A stretch of DNA of 63,770 nt, filler included, from Octopus bimaculoides (GCF_001194135.2; 5 parts of 5 records of this genome joined end to end with filler, not necessarily neighbours in it), one strand, 5' to 3'. Shown: positions 23,928 to 35,864, counted from the whole stretch's first letter. Numbers and translations are program-made. The notes: generated from the sequence alone by a model not told the origin.

Positions 23928-24419
23928 ATGTGTGTATGTATGACTATGTGTCTTTACAGCCCTCACCGTTTGTTTTTACTGTCTTGTTCTCACTGTCCTG
24001 TTCTTGTTAACACTTTCACTCGCTGCAGAAAATCCAAAATTTTATTTGCTTTGCGGGAAGGACTGTTCCAACGAAGTCGCGTATTGTCCTTGCCTTCGAA
24101 ACGCGGAGTAGATGGAACAGGGACAAGTGAAGAAGGGAAATACTCTTTATGTTGCATGTCTCGTTTCTCTGTTTGCTCTCTTTCGTTGTTCGAAAAAAAG
24201 TTCGTTTTCTGTTTTCGTTTTTATGTTTTCGTTTCTGATTGCGTTTAACGGTTTTTTTTTCATGTCCTGTACCCATATATGCATGTATATATACATATAT
24301 ATGTAGGTATATGCATATGTGTGTGTATATATGCATAAATTTATATATCATTTATATAATATATATATATATATAGTGAGAATTTACAAAAAAAAAAAAA
24401 AAAGACGAAGACGGCTGTA

Positions 24420-24530
24420 TGAATAACAAAAAGATGTATTAGTTTAACGCTCGGAAATTGAGAAAGTATTTTATGTTTCGAGCCTACGCTCTTCGACAGA
24501 AAAGAACACAGGAGAGAACATAGAAAAGGT
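24420..24530 (-). mobile_element. Penelope-like repeat fragment with hammerhead-like motif (family 2)
   Basis: Homologous to 35865-36010; minus strand TTTT CTGTCGA A GAGC GTAG GCTC GAAA CATA AAA. Confidence 0.5.
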
Positions 24531-24696
24531 CTAGTGGCTAGCGATCTATCATGGCGAATGCCGGACAGAGGGATCACACAGGAGACCTAGAAAGAAGGGG
24601 AGATAATAAAGTAGAGGTGATCCCAAAACGTAGCTTTGGGATCCCAAACAGGTTCGCTCAGTTTGGGCCCATTCTTGTTCCCATATATATCGGAGT

Positions 24697-24884
24697 CTGC
24701 GTACCTAGATACGTCAAACTCTCTGCGTACCTAGATACGTCAAACTCTCTGCGTACCTAGATACGTCAAACTCTCTCCGTACCTAGATACGTCAAACTCT
24801 CTGCGTACCTAGATACGTCAAACTCTCTGCGTACCTAGATGCGTCAAACTCTCTGCGTACCTAGATACGTCCAACTCTCTGCGT
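24697..24884. repeat. 26-bp minisatellite, 7 units plus a partial
   Basis: Unit CTGCGTACCTAGATACGTCAAACTCT, head-to-tail, 3 single substitutions. Confidence 0.97.
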
Positions 24885-25153
24885 TTGTGTGTAAGTCCAA
24901 GTGCTATCTAACGTCTAGCATCATATGCTGGACTGCATAAATACTCCTTCTCAATGTATGTATGTATTAATGCATGAATGTATGTATATAACTGTATGTT
25001 ATATGCGTGCGTGGCCTCCTATATCAATTATAATACATACATACATACAATACGCTATATATGTATATGTATGCATGTATACATATATATACATATATAA
25101 ACAGTCATATACGTATACATGTTTTTACATTTATATGAACACATATATAGTTG

Positions 25154-25197
<44 letters not shown>

Positions 25198-25498
25198 NNN
25201 NNNNNNNNNNNNNNNNNNNNNNNNNNNNNNNNNNNNNNNNNNNNNNNNNNNNNNNNNNNNNNNNNNNNNNNNNNNNNNNNNNNNNNNNNNNNNNNNNNNN
25301 NNNNNNNNNNNNNNNNNNNNNNNNNNNNNNNNNNNNNNNNNNNNNNNNNNNNNNNNNNNNNNNNNNNNNNNNNNNNNNNNNNNNNNNNNNNNNNNNNNNN
25401 NNNNNNNNNNNNNNNNNNNNNNNNNNNNNNNNTATATATATATATATATTTAATTATAAGTAATTATTTTATCCTAATAAATAATAATTCCTTAAATT

Positions 25499-25531
<33 letters not shown>

Positions 25532-25577
25532 GTATATACATATGTATACACATACACACACACACACACATACACAG

Positions 25578-25611
<34 letters not shown>

Positions 25612-25730
25612 GCATGCATACGCTCATTATTTGTGTATGTTTGAATGAATCCCGACGTATCATGTGAGTGTATATCGGCGTACGTATTCCATCCTGTGTG
25701 GAAGCATTTGGGCATTTCGGTGTGTACACG

Positions 25731-25766
<36 letters not shown>

Positions 25767-26600
25767 TGTGTGTATATGTGTATATGTGTGTGTGTGCTCG
25801 TGCCTGTGTGTATGTGTGTGAGTGTTTGTGTGTGTGTGTGTGTGTGTGTGTGCGTGCAAGCATCTACGTTCATTTCTCTATGCTTATATTCCGCTTGTCT
25901 GTGCATATTTGCGTATATATATACACTAACCTACGTATATGTAAATGCACACCACGCATACACACGTGCGCACACACGCACATACATACACACATACACA
26001 CATACACACATACACATACACGCACACACACTCACACACACACACACACAAACACACACAGTTATTAAGTGGTTATGATCATTGAAGTCTGTGTAGGATT
26101 AGATGTAGAAATGTATATACACCCCAGAAAAACTGCCAATCGCTCTGTATATCTGTTTCCCTCTATCTTTTCTTCCTTGCTTCCTTTCTCCACCTTCCAA
26201 CTCTCTCTCTCTCTCTCTCTCTCTTACTCTCTCTGCCCCCCTCTCTCTCTCTGCCCCCTCTCTCTCTCTGCCCCCCTATTTCTCTCTCCCTTTCTGAATA
26301 TATTTAAACGTACATATTTCTGTCAATATATATCTGCGGGTGATGGTATAAGTACGTACATACACACATATATGCGTTTATATATATATATATATATATA
26401 TATNNNNNNNNNNNNNNNNNNNNNNNNNNNNNNNNNNNNNNNNNNNNNNNNNNNNNNNNNNNNNNNNNNNNNNNNNNNNNNNNNNNNNNNNNNNNNNNNN
26501 NNNNNNNNNNNNNNNNNNNNNNNNNNNNNNNNNNNNNNNNNNNTATGTATGTATGTATGTATGTATGTATGTATGTATGTATGTATGTATGTATGTATGT

Positions 26601-26775
26601 TATTTCTTTACTACCCACAAGGGGCTACACACAGAGGGAACAAACAAGGACAGACAAACGGATTAAGTCGATTACATCGACCACATCTGAAAGAAAGGAC
26701 GATAGGTAAATTCGAACTTAGTGGAATTTGAACTCAGAACGTAGCGACGGGCGAAGTACCGCTAAACATTTCGTC
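26601..26775 (-). mobile_element. Meta-like SINE, tail type A, internally deleted
   Basis: CCCACAAGGGGCTA...GACAAACGGATTAAGTCGATTACATCG...GAATTTGAACTCAGAACGTA. Confidence 0.8.
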
Positions 26776-26870
26776 ACCTCACCGCTTTAATAATAGAAAT
26801 AATAATGATGATGATGATGATGATGATAATAATAATAACAACAACAACAACAATAATAATAGTAATAATA

Positions 26871-26905
<35 letters not shown>

Positions 26906-27008
26906 AATAATCCTTTCTATTATAAGCAGAAGGTGTGTAGGCCATTCGATTAGATCGAGCCGAGTACGCAAGCGTTCTATATTTAAGAGATGAGGAATTA
27001 TTTACGTT

Positions 27009-27237
27009 ATTTACATTATTTACATTTGCCGGATATTTGTCCTCATCTTGTTTGTTGTTAATACAACATTTCGGCTGATATACCCTCCAGCCTTCATCAG
27101 GTGTCTTGGGGGAAATTTCGAGCCTGGGTTCTCATTCCTAAAGTATTGTTCGATGAAGGCTGGAGGTTATATCAACCGAAACGTTGTGTTAACAACATGA
27201 TGAGCACAAATATCCGTCAAATTTAAATAATGTAAAT
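27009..27237. mobile_element. Palindromic Penelope-like repeat: two inverted arms of about 90 bp, each with a hammerhead-like core (family 1)
   Basis: Arms 27009-27100 and 27150-27237. Minus arm: GACAC CTGATGA A GGCTG GAGGGTATAT CAGCC GAAA TGTT GTATT. Plus arm: TCGATGA A GGCTG GAGGTTATAT CAACC GAAA CGTT GTGTT. Confidence 0.7.
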
Positions 27238-27240
27238 AGA

Positions 27241-27375
27241 GTACGTAACTGTTACTTAATTTATCGACCCCGAAATGATGAAAGGCAAAGTCAATCTCGG
27301 CGGAATTTGAACTCAGGACGGAGCGACGGACGAAATAGTGTTAAGCATTCTGCCCGGAGTGCTAACGATTCTAGT
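27241..27375 (-). mobile_element. Meta-like SINE head and core
   Basis: AATTTATCGACCCCGAAATGATGAAAGGCAAAGTC...GAATTTGAACTCAG...GCTAACGATTCT. Confidence 0.8.
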
Positions 27376-27393
27376 AGGAAAGGGTTAATAATA

Positions 27394-27451
<58 letters not shown>

Positions 27452-27659
27452 TGATTTCTTTATTAATCACAAAGGGGTTACATGAAGAATAAATTTATAA
27501 TATTAACAACACCAACAACAACGACAATACGAATAGATGCATGAGAACACCCACACGCACATGCCTTCTACACACACAAACCCACATATATGCATAAGAA
27601 GGCATATTTTTGTGTATATCTATACGTGTTTGTGTATATATGTGTATATACTTACACAA

Positions 27660-27729
<70 letters not shown>

Positions 27730-28180
27730 NNNNNNNNNNNNNNNNNNNNNNNNNNNNNNNNNNNNNNNNNNNNNNNNNNNNNNNNNNNNNNNNNNNNNNN
27801 NNNNNNNNNNNNNNNNNNNNNNNNNNNNNNNNNNNNNNNNNNNNNNNNNNNNNNNNNNNNNNNNNNNNNNNNNNNNNNNNNNNNNNNNNNNNNNNNNNNN
27901 NNNNNNNNNNNNNNNNNNNNNNNNNNNNNNNNNNNNNNNNNNNNNNNNNNNNNNNNNNNNNNNNNNNNNNNNNNNNNNNNNNNNNNNNNNNNNNNNNNNN
28001 NNNNNNNNNNNNNNNNNNNNNNNNNNNNNNNNNNNNNNNNNNNNNNNNNNNNNNNNNNNNNNNNNNNNNNNNNNNNNNNNNNNNNNNNNNNNNNNNNNNN
28101 NNNNNNNNNNNNNNNNNNNNNNNNNNNNNNNNNNNNNNNNNNNNNNNNNNNNNNNNNNNNNNNNNNNNNNNNNNNNNNNN

Positions 28181-28212
<32 letters not shown>

Positions 28213-28834
28213 TGTTATTGCGTGTGTGTGTGTGCTGTGTGTTCACGAATGCGTCTGTGAATGTCTGTGATTGTTGTTATGTGTGTGTCTGTGTGTGTTT
28301 TCATTTTGATTTGGTTTTACTAAGTGCAAAATTGAATTGACCTAGTTCCCGAAATTTTATAGAGACACACACAATAGATGGGGAGAGGGGGTCTGGTGGA
28401 CAATGACAGACAGAGAGCAATGCTGGTAAAGGGGGTGTGGACAGGGAGACTGGAAGAGTGGGAGAAAGAGAGAAGGAGAGAGAAAGAGTGAGAGAGAGAG
28501 AGAGGCATAAACCGTCTGCCAGAGATAGACTGACAGACAGATAGATAGGTGCATATAAATACATACTTGCTCACAAACACACACATACCCAAAGGCTTAC
28601 ACACACAAATACACACATGCATGCACACACACATATACACACACATACACACTCAAATACTCATTTCTATATGCGTGTCTGGCTGTCTAGTTATCTATTT
28701 CTCTCTCTGTATTCACACACACTAACACCCACAAATATATATATATATATATATATATAATAATACAAGGAATATACATACATGTATACACACATATATG
28801 TACATACTTACATCTACATGTGTATATATATGCA

Positions 28835-28952
28835 TATCAGGGTACAGGACGTTAGAACAATAAACTACAGACAACGGAACAAACACATAGGAAAACGGAA
28901 AGCCACTTGGAATATCCCTTCATCAGCTGTCTCTATTCTATCTAGACGTTTC
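28835..28952 (-). repeat. Unclassified (possibly Penelope-like) repeat; related end at about 55025-55105 (+)
   Basis: Shared AACGTCCTGTACCC end; the 28.9-kb copy also contains GAAACGTC and CTGATGA. Confidence 0.4.
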
Positions 28953-29132
28953 GGGCACGTAAAGAGTACCCACTACACTCGGTATGGTTGGCGTCAGGAA
29001 GGGCATCCAGTTATAGAAACCTTGCCAGATCAGATTGGAGCCTGGTGCAGCCTCCTGCCTTGCCAGTCCTTAGTCGAACCGTCCAACCCAGGCCAGTATA
29101 GAAATCGGACGTTAAACGTTGATGATGATAAT
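28953..29132 (+). mobile_element. SINE 3' part with Deu/Nin-like core and (GAT)n tail
   Basis: TTGGCGTCAGGAAGGGCATCCAG...GTCCAACCCA...GGACGTTAAACGTTGATGATGAT. Domain name is from recall. Confidence 0.7.
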
Positions 29133-29231
29133 GTATATGTATATATATGTATACATATGTGTGTGCGCTTGTGCGTGCGTGTGTTTATATCTATCTGTCT
29201 ATTTATCTCTGTACTTGCATTCATGCATCAT

Positions 29232-29300
<69 letters not shown>

Positions 29301-30289
29301 NNNNNNNNNNNNNNNNNNNNNNNNNNNNNNNNNNNNNNNNNNNNNNNNNNNNNNNNNNNNNNNNNNNNNNNNNNNNNNNNNNNNNNNNNNNNNNNNNNNN
29401 NNNNNNNNNNNNNNNNNNNNNNNNNNNNNNNNNNNNNNNNNNNNNNNNNNNNNNNNNNNNNNNNNNNNNNNNNNNNNNNNNNNNNNNNNNNNNNNNNNNN
29501 NNNNNNNNNNNNNNNNNNNNNNNNNNNNNNNNNNNNNNNNNNNNNNNNNNNNNNNNNNNNNNNNNNNNNNNNNNNNNNNNNNNNNNNNNNNNNNNNNNNN
29601 NNNNNNNNNNNNNNNNNNNNNNNNNNNNNNNNNNNNNNNNNNNNNNNNNNNNNNNNNNNNNNNNNNNNNNNNNNNNNNNNNNNNNNNNNNNNNNNNNNNN
29701 NNNNNNNNNNNNNNNNNNNNNNNNNNNNNNNNNNNNNNNNNNNNNNNNNNNNNNNNNNNNNNNNNNNNNNNNNNNNNNNNNNNNNNNNNNNNNNNNNNNN
29801 NNNNNNNNNNNNNNNNNNNNNNNNNNNNNNNNNNNNNNNNNNNNNNNNNNNNNNNNNNNNNNNNNNNNNNNNNNNNNNNNNNNNNNNNNNNNNNNNNNNN
29901 NNNNNNNNNNNNNNNNNNNNNNNNNNNNNNNNNNNNNNNNNNNNNNNNNNNNNNNNNNNNNNNNNNNNNNNNNNNNNNNNNNNNNNNNNNNNNNNNNNNN
30001 NNNNNNNNNNNNNNNNNNNNNNNNNNNNNNNNNNNNNNNNNNNNNNNNNNNNNNNNNNNNNNNNNNNNNNNNNNNNNNNNNNNNNNNNNNNNNNNNNNNN
30101 NNNNNNNNNNNNNNNNNNNNNNNNNNNNNNNNNNNNNNNNNNNNNNNNNNNNNATGTGCCCCAGACTACACTGATCGATGCAATACAATTTGATGAAAAG
30201 CATCCTTCTCATGAAGGACAGTCTCTGGAGGAGTCGAAACGATCGCCTTACTGAATAAAGACAAATGCCAAAGCAATCTTTCGTTTCGT

Positions 30290-30432
30290 GTTTGTTTCAG
30301 TTTCCGTCTAACAAATCCATTCAGGAGGCTTTTGGTCGGCTCGTGGCTATAGTAGAAGAGATTTGCAACGCAGTGGGACTGAACCCGGAACCATATTGTT
30401 GAGAAGGAAACTTCTTGCCATACAGCCATACC
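30290..30432 (-). mobile_element. CORE-type SINE 5' part
   Basis: TTCAGTTTCCGTCTAAC...GGCTATAGTAGAAGA...GTGGGACTGAACCCGGAACCAT. Confidence 0.8.
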
Positions 30433-30610
30433 AGCGCCTATGTATATAATTTTTTTTTTTTTTACTTATTTTAGTTTTATTGTTTATGACCAGTAAATGA
30501 ACCGTTGCATGATTGTCATAAAACATACGATAAATAAATTTGGTGTAGAGCGTTATAATTTTACTCATCAGTACTGTCAATCGTCTATTTGTTCTCGGAA
30601 TGTTTTGCAG

Positions 30611-30741
30611 ATTATTATTGATCTAGATTTCACGATCATCTGTAGCGATTATATTATGGTGCTTCGTTCATTCTCTAAGAACCAAAGTTTGACCATACTT
30701 TGTTCTCAGCTGGTACAACTTGCCCTTCCATTATTAAACAG
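30611..30741 (+). CDS. Weak candidate exon (IIIDLDFTIICSDYIMVLRSFSKNQSLTILCSQLVQLALPLLN)
   Basis: GTTTTGCAG acceptor and CAG/GTAGAA donor; one frame open. Confidence 0.2.
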
Positions 30742-30916
30742 GTAGAAATCTGGAAATGCATCCAGTGATCGAAAGATGCTTCGTTTCCGCTTTTAGTTGT
30801 ACCATATTGCATTCACCTGCACAGCTCTTTCATTTTCGGGACAATAACAACAGTTCAGTTGGTCTTTGTTTACTCTGGCTGCTATTGTCATTCTTTCTTT
30901 TCTTCCTTTCAAAATA

Positions 30917-31820
30917 CAGGCTGTTTCAAAAAATTTGCTATCATTTTGCAATCTAACAAGTTTGCCAGTTCTTGTTCAAATGACTTCAAATTTTAACAGC
31001 AAGTATAGAAACAGGTCAAAATTTTATGTTTAATGTTTGATATGTTTATGTTTTCAGGTGTAGAAACGGAATTCACTGGAAGAGAAAAGGCGTTTTGTGT
31101 GCTGGTGTGTGCTCGAACACAGTCGAACAAGACTGTGCAGCGTGCATTTGTGAAAGAGTTGTCTAAAAAGTCACCAACGGCAATGCAGATTTTGACATGG
31201 CACAAAAAATTCAAAGAGGAAGGCTGTCTGTACAGGGCAAAAGGATTTGGACGACCCTTAACATCGGAAGAGACTGTCAAGCGGGTTCGCCAAAATCTCA
31301 TGCAAAGCCCCAAGAAGTCCATAACAAGAGCAAGTCTGGAAACCCAGTTTCCTCCAACGACAGTTTGGCGCGTCCTGAGGATACGTTTGCTAATGAAACC
31401 CTACAAGCTGCAGCTCGTTCAGACGGTAAAGGCAGATGTCAAACCGAAAGCGCTAAGAATTCTGTGTTGATATGCAAAAGAAACTTGAGGAAGCCAAGTT
31501 CAAGGAGCGTCTTGTTTTCAGTGATGAGGCCACATTTCATACAAATGGTAAAGTCAATAAGCATAATATTCACATTTGGGGCCATGAAAACCCCCATGTC
31601 ACAGTTGAGCATCAGAGGGACTCAGCAAAAGTGAATGTGTTTTGCGCCATCCCCAAGAAATCGTTCATGGAATACACATACCTTTGAATTTCTCATTCAA
31701 ATTTGGAGAAGTATGTTTTGTGTTGCTCAACATTAAGGCAGTTTAGATTCATTTGCTTTGAGTATGTAGTTTCTGTGTTATTTACATCTCAAATGATATC
31801 AAATTTTTTGAAACATCCTG
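30917..31820 (+). mobile_element. Tc1/maT-like transposon, internally deleted
   Basis: TA-flanked TIRs CAGGCTGTTTCAAAAAATTT / AAATTTTTTGAAACATCCTG. Translation FTGREKAFCVL...TWHKKFKEEGCL...GRP...MKPYKLQLVQ, FSDEATFHTNGKVNKHN...WG..NPH, stopping after KVNVFCAI. Confidence 0.92.
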
Positions 31821-32248
31821 TATTCATGTTTGTAATATTTGTTTCTGTAATTTCATTCTCGTTTTTATTCTGTTTTAGATTCATCCTGGTTACCACATTA
31901 CGTCTTATGAAAAGGAATTTTTCAAAAGCATGTCTCCCACCAGTGCTCTGGTTATTATAACTAGAACTGGCTCTGATGAAAATCGCATTACTTTTCTTGG
32001 ATCTTTTTTAAAACGGGGGCCACAATATTCATTAACGAAACACTTTGAAACTTGGAACACTGGTAGAATGTATCATATAAAACATCTTTTTCTCTTAGTC
32101 TTCTTAAAAAAAATAGAAATCCCTAAGTTATTCCATGTTAAAGTTGTCGTATTTCTGTAATTTCAACCAATCACTGACGTCCATTCAGCCGATATACATT
32201 AAGTGCCGACTACATAAACAAACGATTCTGAAGCAATTCTATCGGTGA

Positions 32249-32295
32249 TAGGGTTAGGGTTAGGGTTAGGGTTAGGGTTAGGGTTAGGGTTAGGG
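32249..32295 (+). repeat. Interstitial telomeric repeat TAGGG(TTAGGG)7
   Basis: Read directly; embedded in non-simple sequence of about 32010-32368. Confidence 0.97.
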
Positions 32296-33156
32296 TAAAA
32301 CAACAAATTTAAAAAGAAAAAAGAAAAACGAAGCTATGGAAATTAAATACGCTTTACACCGCTTAATCNNNNNNNNNNNNNNNNNNNNNNNNNNNNNNNN
32401 NNNNNNNNNNNNNNNNNNNNNNNNNNNNNNNNNNNNNNNNNNNNNNNNNNNNNNNNNNNNNNNNNNNNNNNNNNNNNNNNNNNNNNNNNNNNNNNNNNNN
32501 NNNNNNNNNNNNNNNNNNNNNNNNNNNNNNNNNNNNNNNNNNNNNNNNNNNNNNNNNNNNNNNNNNNNNNNNNNNNNNNNNNNNNNNNNNNNNNNNNNNN
32601 NNNNNNNNNNNNNNNNNNNNNNNNNNNNNNNNNNNNNNNNNNNNNNNNNNNNNNNNNNNNNNNNNNNNNNNNNNNNNNNNNNNNNNNNNNNNNNNNNNNN
32701 NNNNNNNNNNNNNNNNNNNNNNNNNNNNNNNNNNNNNNNNNNNNNNNNNNNNNNNNNNNNNNNNNNNNNNNNNNNNNNNNNNNNNNNNNNNNNNNNNNNN
32801 NNNNNNNNNNNNNNNNNNNNNNNNNNNNNNNNNNNNNNNNNNNNNNNNNNNNNNNNNNNNNNNNNNNNNNNNNNNNNNNNNNNNNNNNNNNNNNNNNNNN
32901 NNNNNNNNNNNNNNNNNNNNNNNNNNNNNNNNNNNNNNNNNNNNNNNNNNNNNNNNNNNNNNNNNNNNNNNNNNNNNNNNNNNNNNNNNNNNNNNNNNNN
33001 NNNNNNNNNNNNNNNNNNNNNNNNNNNNNNNNNNNNNNNNNNNNNNNNNNNNNNNNNNNNNNNNNNNNNNNNNNNNNNNNNNNNNNNNNNNNNNNNNNNN
33101 NNNNNNNNNNNNNNNNNNNNNNNNNNNNNNNNNNNNNNNNNNNNNNNNNNNNNNNN

Positions 33157-33216
<60 letters not shown>

Positions 33217-33509
33217 TGTATGTATTCTAATATTTCGCTTAGACATAGCTAGGCTGATATCCTGATGTAGGACACAATATACGTATGGTCCAGAAAACAC
33301 TGTTATATATATCAACGCATATGCTTTCTCTTTCATGCACGCGCGCACACACACACACGCACAACACGTACACACACAAACACATGTGAATAAGAATATC
33401 TGTCCTCCTTCAGTATGTATGTATATTCTGTACGTATGAATATGCGTAAATGAATGTATGCATTGACGTAAGGGCGAAAATTAAAAGCTCCAGATACAAG
33501 ACAAATAGG

Positions 33510-34030
33510 TTCATTAAATGGCTGGGGCTGATGGTGGTGATGGTGGTGGTGGTGACGGTGGTGACGGTGGTGATGGTGAGGGTGACTTTGGTGGTGATGT
33601 GCTTGTTGTGGTGAAGGGTATGTTAGTGTTTCGGGTAGTGAGGGTGATGTTGTTGTTGCTGTTGGTGGTTTTGGTAGTGGTGATGGCAGCGGTGATATTA
33701 TTGATAGTTGTGGTGGTGGGGATTAAATGCACTGGCAGTGGTGGTGGCGGTGGTGGTGGCGGTGGCGTTAGTGATGGTGCTGGCGGTGGACGTGGGTGGT
33801 GGTGGCGGTGCATTTGTTGCTGCAGGTGATGTCGACGGTCGTGGTGATGATGACATCGGTGATCTTGATGGTTGCATTAATAGATATGGTTATGGCGATG
33901 GTGATGATGGAAATGCTTGTTGTCGTTGCTGTTGATGTTGTGGTGGTGGTGGTGTTGGTGGTTGTGGTGCTGGTGGTGCTGGTGGGTCTGCTAGTGGTGG
34001 TGGTAATGACGTCGGCGTTGTTACTTATTA
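33510..34030. repeat. GGT/GTT-rich low-complexity tract
   Basis: Read directly from the sequence. Confidence 0.9.
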
Positions 34031-34979
34031 TGGCGACGGTAACTTTGTAGCTAATCTCGCGGTCAGATCTGATCACCCAGATCTATGATGAAAGGCGGTT
34101 CNNNNNNNNNNNNNNNNNNNNNNNNNNNNNNNNNNNNNNNNNNNNNNNNNNNNNNNNNNNNNNNNNNNNNNNNNNNNNNNNNNNNNNNNNNNNNNNNNNN
34201 NNNNNNNNNNNNNNNNNNNNNNNNNNNNNNNNNNNNNNNNNNNNNNNNNNNNNNNNNNNNNNNNNNNNNNNNNNNNNNNNNNNNNNNNNNNNNNNNNNNN
34301 NNNNNNNNNNNNNNNNNNNNNNNNNNNNNNNNNNNNNNNNNNNNNNNNNNNNNNNNNNNNNNNNNNNNNNNNNNNNNNNNNNNNNNNNNNNNNNNNNNNN
34401 NNNNNNNNNNNNNNNNNNNNNNNNNNNNNNNNNNNNNNNNNNNNNNNNNNNNNNNNNNNNNNNNNNNNNNNNNNNNNNNNNNNNNNNNNNNNNNNNNNNN
34501 NNNNNNNNNNNNNNNNNNNNNNNNNNNNNNNNNNNNNNNNNNNNNNNNNNNNNNNNNNNNNNNNNNNNNNNNNNNNNNNNNNNNNNNNNNNNNNNNNNNN
34601 NNNNNNNNNNNNNNNNNNNNNNNNNNNNNNNNNNNNNNNNNNNNNNNNNNNNNNNNNNNNNNNNNNNNNNNNNNNNNNNNNNNNNNNNNNNNNNNNNNNN
34701 NNNNNNNNNNNNNNNNNNNNNNNNNNNNNNNNNNNNNNNNNNNNNNNNNNNNNNNNNNNNNNNNNNNNNNNNNNNNNNNNNNNNNNNNNNNNNNNNNNNN
34801 NNNNNNNNNNNNNNNNNNNNNNNNNNNNNNNNNNNNNNNNNNNNNNNNNNNNNNNNNNNNNNNNNNNNNNNNNNNNNNNNNNNNNNNNNNNNNNNNNNNN
34901 NNNNNNNNNNNNNNNNNNNNNNNNNNNNNNNNNNNNNNNNNNNNNNNNNNNNNNNNNNNNNNNNNNNNNNNNNNNNNNN

Positions 34980-35019
<40 letters not shown>

Positions 35020-35024
35020 ATATG

Positions 35025-35240
35025 CGTGTGTTTGTGTGTCTGCGTTTGTCCCCTATCATCGCTTGACAACCGATGTTGGTGTGTTTACGTCCCCGTAACG
35101 AGGTGGTTCGGCAAAAGTGGCCAAAAGAATAAGAAGTACTGGACTTCCAAAGAATAAGTGCTGAGGTCGATTTCTTCGACTATAAGGCGGTGTTCCAGCA
35201 TGGCCAGTCAAATGACTGAAACAAGTAAAAGAGTAACAGT
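35025..35240 (+). mobile_element. 3' half of the CORE-type SINE, following a (TA)n gap
   Basis: GTTTGTCCCC...CATCGCTTGACAACCGATGTTGGTGTGTTTACGTCCCCGTAAC...GACTGAAACAAGTAAAAGAG. Confidence 0.85.
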
Positions 35241-35278
35241 TTAAAAGAATATGTATATATATGTGTGTGTGTGTGTTC

Positions 35279-35328
<50 letters not shown>

Positions 35329-35667
35329 NNNNNNNNNNTGTATATATATATATATATATATATGTATGCGTGTGTGTGTGTGTGTGTATACACACACACA
35401 CACACATACATAAACATACCCTGACGCACATGAAGTCATAAGTCATTCATTCGCGCAAACACACGTGAAATGCGAAACATACCTACACACATACACACAT
35501 ACACACACAGACTTAGGCAGGAATACACACGTACACACACTCACACACACATTCGTTGTGGGAGTGCGTGTATATGTGTGTATATGTGTGTGTGTGTGTG
35601 CGTGTGCATCTGTGTGCATATGTTTGTGTGCTTATATTCGGCTGCGTGTGCATGTATATGTGTGTGT

Positions 35668-35723
<56 letters not shown>

Positions 35724-35864
35724 NNNNNNNNNNNNNNNNNNNNNNNNNNNNNNNNNNNNNNNNNNNNTTAATTAATTAANNNNNNNNNNNNNNNNNNNNN
35801 NNNNNNNNNNNNNNNNNNNNNNNCGGCCATTATTATGATTGACCGTTGACTGAACACTATTCAA

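Noticed and set aside
24112-24160. MEQGQVKKGNTLYV resembling an RRM RNP2 start (NELF-E-like KGNTLYV)
   Set aside because: An in-frame stop lies immediately upstream, there is no good donor after the motif and no RRM continuation; likely chance.
24697-24884. CRISPR-like repeat array
   Set aside because: The units are head-to-tail with no unique spacers, there are no cas genes, and the context is eukaryotic.
32249-32295. True telomere or chromosome end
   Set aside because: Only about 8 units, with ordinary sequence on both sides.
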